A stretch of 64,000 bases of DNA from positions 20,860-84,859 of the forward strand of contig JAYTOU010000029.1 in NCBI GenBank assembly GCA_043747615.1. Reading direction: 5' to 3'. Position numbers and translations under genes: made by a program. Source of the stretch: Myxococcales bacterium. GTDB lineage: Bacteria; Myxococcota_A; Polyangia; Polyangiales; Polyangiaceae. How positions within the stretch are numbered: the stretch's first letter is position 1; the number at the start of each line of letters is the position of its first letter. Below are positions 19,933-28,012 of the stretch, in pieces. The notes under the pieces were generated by a model. That model was given only the letters and a program-made list of their open reading frames with translations, was not told the DNA's origin and did not search any database.

Positions 19933-19944
19933 TGCACCGCACAA
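19933..19944 (+). promoter_or_regulatory. putative PhaR operator
   Basis: TGCACCGCACAA fits TGCRNYGCASMA; lies in the divergent region upstream of phaR. Confidence 0.65.
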
Positions 19945-20013
19945 TAAATGCGCTCTGGGGCTTTGCGGATCACCTCAGTATCGGCTACGTACGCGCCACT
20001 GGGGAGCGTCGCC

Positions 20014-20535
20014 ATGCTCGTGAAAAAATACAGTAACCGTCGTCTCTACGACACCGTCGAGAGCCGCTACATCACGCTCGACGAGCTATCGTCGGCCATT
20101 CGCGCGGGCAACGACGTTCGGGTGGTCGATGCCAAGAGCGGCGCCGATCTCACGCAGGCCACGCTCGCCCAGATCATCCTCGAGAGCCGAGGCGGTACGC
20201 ACCTCCTTCCGGTGCCGGTGCTCATGCAGCTCGTCCGCATGGGAGACGACGCGCTGGCCGAGTTTTTTGGGCGTTACGTGGCGTGGTCCCTCGAGCTGTA
20301 CCTCCAGGCCAAGCAGGGCCTCCAGGCGGTCTCGCCGCTGACGGCGCTCACCAATCCGGCCGCGTTCGCCACCCAAAATCCGCTCGCGCGCATGCTCTAC
20401 GCCGCCGCCCCTTGGATGGAGCCTGCGCGCCCCCCGCGACGCCGCGCGGCCTCCGAGGATTCCGAGGTCGCCCAACTCCGTCGCGATCTCGACGAGCTCA
20501 AACGAAGCGTCGCTCCCCGCCGCAAGCGCTCCTAG
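20014..20535 (+). CDS. phaR: PHA synthesis repressor (PhaR DNA-binding domain)
   Basis: VKKYSNRRLYDTVESRYITL..VVDAKSGADLTQATLAQIILE..LLPVPVLMQLVR; SD GGGGAG. Confidence 0.92.
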   Translation: MLVKKYSNRRLYDTVESRYITLDELSSAIRAGNDVRVVDAKSGADLTQATLAQIILESRGGTHLLPVPVLMQLVRMGDDALAEFFGRYVAWSLELYLQAKQGLQAVSPLTALTNPAAFATQNPLARMLYAAAPWMEPARPPRRRAASEDSEVAQLRRDLDELKRSVAPRRKRS

Positions 20536-20561
20536 AGCGACGATTCGGAGCGGCGATTTCG

Positions 20562-20584
20562 AAATTGTTGCAGTGCAACAATTT
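20562..20584. promoter_or_regulatory. perfect palindromic operator (putative PhaR site)
   Basis: AAATTGTTGCA-G-TGCAACAATTT with 11-bp arms, 4 nt upstream of a -35 element. Confidence 0.75.
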
Positions 20585-20588
20585 TGGG

Positions 20589-20616
20589 TTGACTCTGCGG
20601 AGCGCGGACTTATTGT
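20589..20616 (+). promoter_or_regulatory. sigma70-like promoter of the phasin-like gene
   Basis: TTGACT-N16-TATTGT. Confidence 0.6.
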
Positions 20617-20669
20617 CCGACGCGGCTGGGCAACAACGCCCGGTCATTTCCCACTCAACGGAGGATCAC

Positions 20670-20936
20670 ATGACCGACAATATCTTTACGCAGATGCAGC
20701 AAAATATGGGTCTTTGGACGAAGGCGTGGGACGAGCATCTTGCCCGCATGAACGCCATCTCCGAGGAAGTCGCGAAGTTCGAGAACAAGGGCGTCGCGCA
20801 GGCGGCCACCGCGGTCGACGAGATGGCGAAGATGACGCGGGAGTCGCTCGCCTACGGATCGCTCATCGCCGCCGAGTGGCGCAAAGTCACCCTCGACGCG
20901 GCGAAGCGGACCACGGACATGCTCTCCGGTCGCTGA
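20670..20936 (+). CDS. small helical protein, putative phasin
   Basis: SD GGAGG; 88 aa, amphipathic helical (AQAATAVDEMAKMTRESLAYG..EWRKVTLDAAKR); downstream of phaR and a PhaR-like operator. Confidence 0.6.
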   Translation: MTDNIFTQMQQNMGLWTKAWDEHLARMNAISEEVAKFENKGVAQAATAVDEMAKMTRESLAYGSLIAAEWRKVTLDAAKRTTDMLSGR

Positions 20937-20947
20937 CCTTCACGTCC

Positions 20948-21991
20948 TCACCACTTTCCAACGGTCTCCGTCCAGGTCACGACGGCGATCAGCGTGAGCA
21001 TCATCAAGAGCCCGATGGCGTGCACCTGGGCCTCTACCTTTGCATCGGGCTTGCGACGCGACGCCGCTTCGAAACCGAGGAAAAGTAGGCGCCCGCCATC
21101 GAGGGCGGGGATCGGCAGAAGATTGAATCCGCCGAGGTACGCGCTCAGCGCTCCCAGGAACTTGAACGTGTCGCCGGCACCGCTCTTCACCTGCGCGGCG
21201 GTCTCCCGCACGATGCCCACTGGGCCGCTGAGCTCTGCTTTCTCTTTTCCGGTGATGAGCCTCGCGAGCCCCTTCACCAGGTTGTAGACGACCTTGGGCG
21301 GCTCACTGACGCTGAGCCACGCAGCCTCGGCCACGCCCACCTTGACGACCGTGAAGTACGGGCCGACTTGGATCTTGCCGGAGTACTTTTCGCCCTTGGG
21401 CGCGGGGGTCGGATGCCTGTGGAGCTGCTCGCCTGCACGTTCGACGAGGACGTCGATCTCCTCGCCCGGGTGCCGCCCGACGAAGAGCTTCAAGTCTTCC
21501 CAGGTGTGGACCTGCTCGGAATTGATGGCGAGGATTTTGTCCCCCTCGCGGATGTCGGCCGCTTGCGCTGCGCCGCCCGGACCGACCATCACCCGCATGC
21601 TCGTCTCTTCGACGTTGAGACGGCCGCCGATCATGAAGCCGATGAAAAAAAGCACGGACGCGAAGAAGTAGTTCGCAAGCGGCCCGCCCGCGATGGTGAC
21701 GACCCGCGCCCAGAGCGAAGCGTTCGAGTAGTTCCCCTTGTCCTTCGGATCGTTCTCCTCGAAGGGGTTCATCCCTGCGATTTGCACGTAGGCAAGGAAG
21801 GGGATGATCGCGATCTGGTAGACGGTCGGGCTCCCCTTGGGCTGGTGCTTGAGTAGCGTGGGCCCGAAGCCGATCGAAAACTTGATTACCCGCATTCCGA
21901 ACTTGCGAGCGGCAAAGTAGTGGCCGCTCTCGTGTACGACCATCAGAACGGCTAGGCCGAGCGCAGCAAGAAAATAGGGGGCGGCGGACAT
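20948..21991 (-). CDS. rseP: RseP-family M50 intramembrane metalloprotease with PDZ domain
   Basis: HESGH, FSIGFGP, GGPLAN, a PDZ segment and NLLPIPALDGG. Confidence 0.93.
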   Translation of the reverse strand: MSAAPYFLAALGLAVLMVVHESGHYFAARKFGMRVIKFSIGFGPTLLKHQPKGSPTVYQIAIIPFLAYVQIAGMNPFEENDPKDKGNYSNASLWARVVTIAGGPLANYFFASVLFFIGFMIGGRLNVEETSMRVMVGPGGAAQAADIREGDKILAINSEQVHTWEDLKLFVGRHPGEEIDVLVERAGEQLHRHPTPAPKGEKYSGKIQVGPYFTVVKVGVAEAAWLSVSEPPKVVYNLVKGLARLITGKEKAELSGPVGIVRETAAQVKSGAGDTFKFLGALSAYLGGFNLLPIPALDGGRLLFLGFEAASRRKPDAKVEAQVHAIGLLMMLTLIAVVTWTETVGKW

Positions 21992-22040
21992 TTTCTTAGT
22001 CTAAGGCGAGAGGCGCGTCCTTGCCACGAATGGCGCAAAA

Positions 22041-22640
22041 TCACATGAAGGAGACGCCCACAGACAGGCTCGGGTAGCCAACGCGCATGGTCAGGGCGAC
22101 GTGCTCGCTGAAGTGGTAGCGCCCGCCCACGTAGAACGCCGGCCCGACACTGGTGGTCGTCGGCTCACTGCAAAATCGTCCGTTGCCGAACTGGTTGCAG
22201 AAGCTCGTGTCGATGAAAGCGTGCCAAATGTAGAGGCCCGGCTCGCCGAAGACGCTCCAGTGCTCGGCCACGAAAAAATTCCACTGCATGACCGCGGGAA
22301 TGAAGATGTAGTTCGCGCCGCAGTTTCCGTTGTACTGGAAGCCGTAGTCGTAGCAGCCGCTGTAGTGGACGAAATCCAGTCCGAAGCCGATGGCGACGCT
22401 GTTGTTGATCGTCTTGACGAAGCCGTCCTGGACGATGGGGATCGAAACCCGCCCGCCGATGCCGATGCCCGTGGAGCCGTACCCGTTCCCCCAACCGAGG
22501 AGGAGGTGAGGCTCGACCTCGACGGAATAGTGCGGGTGATCCCCGGGGTGTTTGATCGTGTCGTCAGCGTGGGCGACGGACGGCAGAGCGAGGAGAGCGG
22601 CAAGGGGGGCTGCCCATTTCAGCGTCGACGAAAAGCTCAT
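22041..22640 (-). CDS. small outer-membrane beta-barrel-like protein
   Basis: Signal ending AHA; alternating aromatic strands; C-terminal SLSVGVSFM; Cys pairs in loops; SD GGAGG. Confidence 0.7.
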   Translation of the reverse strand: MSFSSTLKWAAPLAALLALPSVAHADDTIKHPGDHPHYSVEVEPHLLLGWGNGYGSTGIGIGGRVSIPIVQDGFVKTINNSVAIGFGLDFVHYSGCYDYGFQYNGNCGANYIFIPAVMQWNFFVAEHWSVFGEPGLYIWHAFIDTSFCNQFGNGRFCSEPTTTSVGPAFYVGGRYHFSEHVALTMRVGYPSLSVGVSFM

Positions 22641-22655
22641 GCCCTCCAGTATCGT

Positions 22656-23453
22656 TCATTTGCTCATTTTTCGCGCGTCTGTCTGTGGCGGTGCGGTTGT
22701 AACGGGGACTTGAAGCGGACGAAGGACGCCATTTTTCCCTTCCGGCCCCATGTCGGTACCAAGCGGCGGGGTCACCTTGGTCCGGACCCAGATGCCATCG
22801 CGTGTGCTCCGCACCATGCCTTCGCGCTCGAACTTTGCGAGAAGGCGGCTCACCGTCTCGGTGGTCGCGTTGACCATGCACGCGATGTCGCGACGACGAA
22901 GCGGCAAAGCAACGAAGCGACCTTGCCCATGAGGCGTGCCGTGAGCGCGGGCCAGGCTATCGAGAAGATGCTTCACCCGCTCGTCGACCGAGCCAGACAC
23001 GAGCTCGTCGATGCGCCGCACGTGGGCGCGCACGCTCTTCGCCGCTTGCAGAAGGAAGAAACGGGCGAGCGCGGGGGAGCGCGAGACTAGGCTCATCACG
23101 GCCGCGGCTTCGAAGACGATCAGATGGGACGAGCGGAGCGTGATGACGCCGGCCGTGGCGGGCTGTCCATCAATTGCAGAGACATCGCACACGAACGAAG
23201 GCGCGCGCATCACGTCGATCACCACGGGATCGGCGCCATCGACGCCCGAGCGGCGGATCACCTTTGCAGCCCCGCGCATCAGCGCGACGACGCTCTCTGA
23301 AACGACCCGCTGTTCGAGGATCTCGTACCCCGCGGGAACCTGGCGCTGCGTTGCTGCCATCGCGAGCTCGCGGACGTCGTCGTCTGCGACTTCCTCGAAC
23401 CCCGGCATTTGCCGGAGCTCCGATGCAACATCGATTGTGAGCGTAATGGCCAT
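22656..23453 (-). CDS. Crp/Fnr-family transcriptional regulator
   Basis: cNMP-like domain plus HTH LRRRDIACMVNATTETVSRLLAKFEREG; ATG at 23453. Confidence 0.88.
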   Translation of the reverse strand: MAITLTIDVASELRQMPGFEEVADDDVRELAMAATQRQVPAGYEILEQRVVSESVVALMRGAAKVIRRSGVDGADPVVIDVMRAPSFVCDVSAIDGQPATAGVITLRSSHLIVFEAAAVMSLVSRSPALARFFLLQAAKSVRAHVRRIDELVSGSVDERVKHLLDSLARAHGTPHGQGRFVALPLRRRDIACMVNATTETVSRLLAKFEREGMVRSTRDGIWVRTKVTPPLGTDMGPEGKNGVLRPLQVPVTTAPPQTDARKMSK

Positions 23454-23617
23454 ATCGGTTGTTATGCGTTGAGCGTGCCGAGGCGTGCCCGCGCCGTCCA
23501 AGCTGTACGAACGAGGGCGACAAGAGTATCGGAGCAAATATGCGTTGCGATCCTATCCCCGCAAGCGGGGTCCGACGCGGTCGCGTGCGAAAAGCTCAGA
23601 ATCATTCATCAAACAGC

Positions 23618-25609
23618 GTGAGCGAGATCAGGCCCGCGCGCATTCTTTCATTTTCGGGGATCGTCCTCGCGCTGCTTTCGGCAGGCCCCGCGCGGGCGGA
23701 TGACGATGTCGTCGTTCGCGGGTCCGACGTGCAGGGATTTACGTCGCGTGCAAATGTCGACGACGCGCGCCGTGAGGTCACTGACGCGGCCAGCTTGGTG
23801 GAGGCTCTCCCCGGGGTCCACGTGCGCCGCTCCGGAGGGGACGACAGCTTCAGCACCATCTCCGTGCGTGGCTCGGGCTCGAACCAAGTGGCGATTTACC
23901 TCGCAGGCGTGCCTCTCTCCGGCGGCGCCGACCCCTCCCTCGACCTTTCCAGTCTGCCCTTGTGGCCCGGGGCGCGTGCCCGTGTTTACCGCTCTTTTGC
24001 CCCCGCAGCACTCGGTCCCGGATCGCTCGGCGGAACCCTCGTTCTCGATCCGCCCCGACCTGCGGGACCGGCGAAGACGGAGGTGTGGGGTGCAGTGGGA
24101 TCGTTCGGATCGCGACGGCTGCGCGCCGCCGATGATCGCCCCTTCGCCTGGGGTGACGATGGTCCAGCGCATATCGTGACGTCGCTCACGGCCTCGCGAT
24201 CGGATGACGATTTCAGTTATTACGACGAGCGGAGCGGAGGCTTAATCCCCCTGACGAACGCGGGTCACACCGCGGTGCACGGGCTGGTCAGCGTCGTTCG
24301 CCCCGTCGCATGGACGCGGAGCGCGATGGGAAGCGTGCGTCTCACCACGATGGCGCAAGCGCGGCGGTCGCACTTGCCCGGCACACGCTCCGCGCCGACC
24401 CCGGACGAGCAGCTCGACTCGTCGCGGTTGATCAGCGTCCTCGAGCTCACGGGTCCGCTCGGGCAGGGTGCGTGGAGCGCGCGCGCATGGGGGCGACGCG
24501 ACGACGTGACGCTCCGGAGCAGCGCCGACGTCTTTACGCTCGCGCTCACGCACACCGAAGATGCGCTCGTCGCCGCGGGCGGATCGCTTGGTTGGCGAGG
24601 CCGTCCGACCAAGACTCTCACGGTCGACGCGCGCATAGACGCGAGCGGCGAGCGCTTTGCACCCGGGACGTACCTCGGCCCTCCGCAGGCATCACCGGCG
24701 AGCAGAGTGAGCACGGGCCTCGGTGCCGACGCCGTCTTTCGAGCGAGCGACGCATGGAGCTTCGCCGCGAGCGGACGCACCGATTTTCAGCAAGACGGCG
24801 CGACGACGGAGAGCAAATCGGAAGCGCGCCCCACCGGCCACCTCGGCACCGAAGTCTCGATCGGTCCGGTGGTGGCCTCCGCGCACGGCGGCGCGCTCGC
24901 CCGCCCGCCGAGCTTCGTCGAGCGCTTTGGAACGCGCGGCACATTTCTCGGTGACCCCGCGCTACGGAGCGAGTCGGCGTGGACGAGCGATGCCGGCGTG
25001 CGCGTCAGTGCGGGAAGGGGACACGCGCGCTTGTCCTCGGAGCTCGTCGGCTTCGGCACGTGGGCGACCGATCTCATTACTTTCGTGCCGGTCGGCGCTT
25101 TCGGCCGTCCGAAGGCGACCAACATCGGGGCGGCGCGTCTCTTCGGCGTCGAGCTCGCCCTCGACCTCGTGGTTCACATGTTCGATCTGCATGTATCTTA
25201 CACGGGTCTCACGACCGCCAACGAGAGCGCCTGTGCTGCCACCTCCGGGCCTTGCGAGCGGCCTCCCTTGCCGCTTCGCCCCGAGCACGACGTGGTCGGC
25301 GATCTCGGGATCGCCCTCGGCCCCGCGCGCATTCGCTACGGCGTCGACGGCATGAGTGGCATGCGCGGCGATCTGGCGGGCGATCTGAGGGTCCCTCCGC
25401 GCGTCGTCCAATCCGCCGGGGTGCGCCTCGATGTGCCGCACGTGCGTGGGCTCCGCCTCTCCTTCGACCTACGGAATCTCTTCGACGTCCGCACCGCAAC
25501 CTATAACGGCGCGTTCGGCAGCGTGCGCGAGCCGATCGGCGACTCCGTCCAGTACCCACTCCCGGGACGAAGCTTCCTTTTCACCGCGCGCTGGGTGAGC
25601 CCGAACTAG
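23618..25609 (+). CDS. TonB-dependent receptor (BtuB-like)
   Basis: Signal ending ARA; DDVVVRG; plug LPGVHVRRSGG..STISVRGSGSNQVAIYLAGVPL; GDPALRSE; RNLFD..YPLPGRSFLFTARW. Confidence 0.85.
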   Translation: MSEIRPARILSFSGIVLALLSAGPARADDDVVVRGSDVQGFTSRANVDDARREVTDAASLVEALPGVHVRRSGGDDSFSTISVRGSGSNQVAIYLAGVPLSGGADPSLDLSSLPLWPGARARVYRSFAPAALGPGSLGGTLVLDPPRPAGPAKTEVWGAVGSFGSRRLRAADDRPFAWGDDGPAHIVTSLTASRSDDDFSYYDERSGGLIPLTNAGHTAVHGLVSVVRPVAWTRSAMGSVRLTTMAQARRSHLPGTRSAPTPDEQLDSSRLISVLELTGPLGQGAWSARAWGRRDDVTLRSSADVFTLALTHTEDALVAAGGSLGWRGRPTKTLTVDARIDASGERFAPGTYLGPPQASPASRVSTGLGADAVFRASDAWSFAASGRTDFQQDGATTESKSEARPTGHLGTEVSIGPVVASAHGGALARPPSFVERFGTRGTFLGDPALRSESAWTSDAGVRVSAGRGHARLSSELVGFGTWATDLITFVPVGAFGRPKATNIGAARLFGVELALDLVVHMFDLHVSYTGLTTANESACAATSGPCERPPLPLRPEHDVVGDLGIALGPARIRYGVDGMSGMRGDLAGDLRVPPRVVQSAGVRLDVPHVRGLRLSFDLRNLFDVRTATYNGAFGSVREPIGDSVQYPLPGRSFLFTARWVSPN

Positions 25610-25630
25610 CGTGCCTCAACGCGCTCAAAC

Positions 25631-26713
25631 TCAAGGCATGGAGTGGGCGATGAAAAAATTAACCATGGTGTCCGTCGCGCTGATGTCGGTGCTCGTTTTT
25701 CCGAGGAAGGGCACGGGGACGCCGCCCGGCCACGTGTGGCCTCCCTGATCGATCTTGCAGAGGGTGACGTCGCTTCCGCCGCGGCATTCGGACCACTCAT
25801 TGCAGGTCGCGTCGCCCTTTTGGTAGATCACGTGCGAGCTCTCGAGGCAGCCGTCCTTAGTGCGCCAGACGTCGTTCGACTCGTTGGCCGAGCGGAAGGT
25901 GATCGGTCCACCAAAGTTGACCGGCGAGATCGGAGTGCCGCCGTTGAAAGGAACGACGGGGTCGCTCGTGCCGTGAAATTGCAGGATGGGAACGGGCCTC
26001 GACGGATGACACTGATCGGCCGGAACTCCCTGCGCGCCTGCCACCGGAGCAACCGCGGCAAAGACGTCCGCCATGTCGCACGCCAGGCGGTAGGAAAAAA
26101 ACCCGCCGTTCGACATCCCCGTGGCGTAGACACGCTTGGGGTCGAGGCAGTAGTCGCCCCCGACCTTGGCGAGGAGGTCCTTCACGAACTTCACGTCGTC
26201 GACGCTGTTCGTCCAGGCGTCGCCGCAGCAATCGCCCGCGTTCCAGCTGGCGCCGACGCCGTCGGGGTAGACCACGATGAAATTCCGTTTGTCTGCCACC
26301 GGGTTCATCCGCGCGAGCACGATCTCCTCGAGCGCGTTGGACGTGAATCCGTGGAAATTGAAGACGATCATGGATCCGAGCGAAGGATCGTACGACGCCG
26401 GCACGTGAAGAAACGCAGAGCGGGGCAGACCGTTCGAGGTGAGGGCCAGCGTATGCTCGCCGGTGCCACCCACCCTGCCGGAGCAGCGGTATGGACCGCT
26501 CGAGACTCCGCCGTCTGCGTCGAATGACGGGGCGCCGTGCGGAGCGTTGCTCGGATCGGGATCGCTCGTGGGCCACGCGCTCGAGAGCGTAGCGTCGGCC
26601 ACCCCTGCGTCGGCGCCGATGCCGCTGCCCTCCCAGTGCCCAACGACGTTCCCCTCCGACCCGCAGCCGAGGAGGAGCGCGATGCCCGCTGGAAGGAGGA
26701 AATGCCGCAGCAT
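25631..26713 (-). CDS. PHB-depolymerase/LpqC-family esterase, lipoprotein
   Basis: ALLLG-C; HVPASY, FHG, VVYPDG..SWNAGDCCG, RVYATGMSNGG, FHGTSDPVVP, GGHTWPG. Confidence 0.88.
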   Translation of the reverse strand: MLRHFLLPAGIALLLGCGSEGNVVGHWEGSGIGADAGVADATLSSAWPTSDPDPSNAPHGAPSFDADGGVSSGPYRCSGRVGGTGEHTLALTSNGLPRSAFLHVPASYDPSLGSMIVFNFHGFTSNALEEIVLARMNPVADKRNFIVVYPDGVGASWNAGDCCGDAWTNSVDDVKFVKDLLAKVGGDYCLDPKRVYATGMSNGGFFSYRLACDMADVFAAVAPVAGAQGVPADQCHPSRPVPILQFHGTSDPVVPFNGGTPISPVNFGGPITFRSANESNDVWRTKDGCLESSHVIYQKGDATCNEWSECRGGSDVTLCKIDQGGHTWPGGVPVPFLGKTSTDISATDTMVNFFIAHSMP

Positions 26714-26798
26714 GGCCGCATGACTTAGCAGGGGGCCATCAACGGTGCTAGCGTCCGCGTCCCAATATTCCCCACTGCCAAAACAAACGAGAACGCAA

Positions 26799-27983
26799 AT
26801 GACCCAGAGCTCGAATCCCGCGCAGAACCGTTCACCCGATGCAGCCGGTCCCGGCCCTGGCGGTGGTGGTGGTGCCGGCATCAGCCTCACCGGCGGTGCG
26901 GCTATCCTCGCGCCGGTCACCGCGTTCCCGAACGGCGTTCCCAGCAACGCGCTCATCTTGATCCCGCTCGGTCCTAACGGTGCGCCACTCGAGAAGCAGA
27001 TCATCAACGGCCCCGTCGCGCTCACGCAGGACGAAGTATGGAAGCTCCTCGGCTTCAACGGTCCTGCAGTGCAAGTCCAAGACGATCAGGGGCGGCCGAT
27101 CGCGATCGGCCTAGAGGACCTCCTCGCCGGTCTCGAGAAACATTGGAACGAGGGGGGCGAGGATCTCACCCGCGGACGGATTTTTGCGCAAGAGCTCATC
27201 AAGCACGGACGGCACGCAAAGGCCGAGACGGTCCTCGCCAAAGTCGTCGCGCTTGGCGGTGACGGCGAGGATTGGCTCGCGCTCGGCGTGACGCAGCTCC
27301 AGCAGGGCAAGCTCGACAAGGCGGAGCCCACCCTCAAGGGAGCTCAGAATTTGCTCAAGGACAGCCCATTTCCTGCGCTCCACCTGGCGAAGCTCGCGCA
27401 CGAGAAGAAGGACCCGAAGGCCGAGCGAGAGAGCGTGGAGCGCGCCATTCAGATCGATTCGAACTCCGTCGACGCATGGGCGTACCTCACGAATTTCCTT
27501 CGCGATGCCGAAGGCGGAGACGCCGGCGAAGACAAGGCAATCGCTCAAGTCGAAGAGCTCGCCGCCGCGCCGGTGAACGCGAAATCTGCCGCGCCGTACA
27601 TTGCGCTTCAGGGGTTTTTCGCGTCGGACGAGAAGACGCGCGACAAGGCCATCGGCTTTGCCAAGAAGGCTCAGGCGAGGGCACCCCAGGATCCGCTCGC
27701 GCTCCTCTGTCTCTCCGCGCTCTACGGTCAGTCGGGGAAGCTCGACGAGGTGATCAAGACACTCGCCCCGCACGAAGCGATGATGCTCAAAGACGTGCGG
27801 CTCGCGCACAACTACTTCGAAGCTCTCTTCCAGTCGAAGGACATGCCGAAGATCACGGCGCTGCTCAACAAGCTCGCAACGTCGCCCAACCGCGAGGTCA
27901 AGCAGTTTGCGATCGAGCGATCAAGGGCTATCTCCCAGATGCTGCAGCAGCAACAAGCCGCGCTCGCAGGCGCAGCCAAGTAG
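26799..27983 (+). CDS. TPR-repeat protein
   Basis: WLALGVTQLQQGKLDKAE, VERAIQIDSNSVDAWAYL, LSALYGQSGKLDE. Confidence 0.8.
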   Translation: MTQSSNPAQNRSPDAAGPGPGGGGGAGISLTGGAAILAPVTAFPNGVPSNALILIPLGPNGAPLEKQIINGPVALTQDEVWKLLGFNGPAVQVQDDQGRPIAIGLEDLLAGLEKHWNEGGEDLTRGRIFAQELIKHGRHAKAETVLAKVVALGGDGEDWLALGVTQLQQGKLDKAEPTLKGAQNLLKDSPFPALHLAKLAHEKKDPKAERESVERAIQIDSNSVDAWAYLTNFLRDAEGGDAGEDKAIAQVEELAAAPVNAKSAAPYIALQGFFASDEKTRDKAIGFAKKAQARAPQDPLALLCLSALYGQSGKLDEVIKTLAPHEAMMLKDVRLAHNYFEALFQSKDMPKITALLNKLATSPNREVKQFAIERSRAISQMLQQQQAALAGAAK

Positions 27984-28012
27984 CGCCGCTCGCGAACTAG
28001 CCAGCGTCTGAA

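Noticed and set aside
23454..23617. Cobalamin riboswitch upstream of the BtuB-like receptor
   Set aside because: No B12-box elements recognised; only a 6-bp hairpin.
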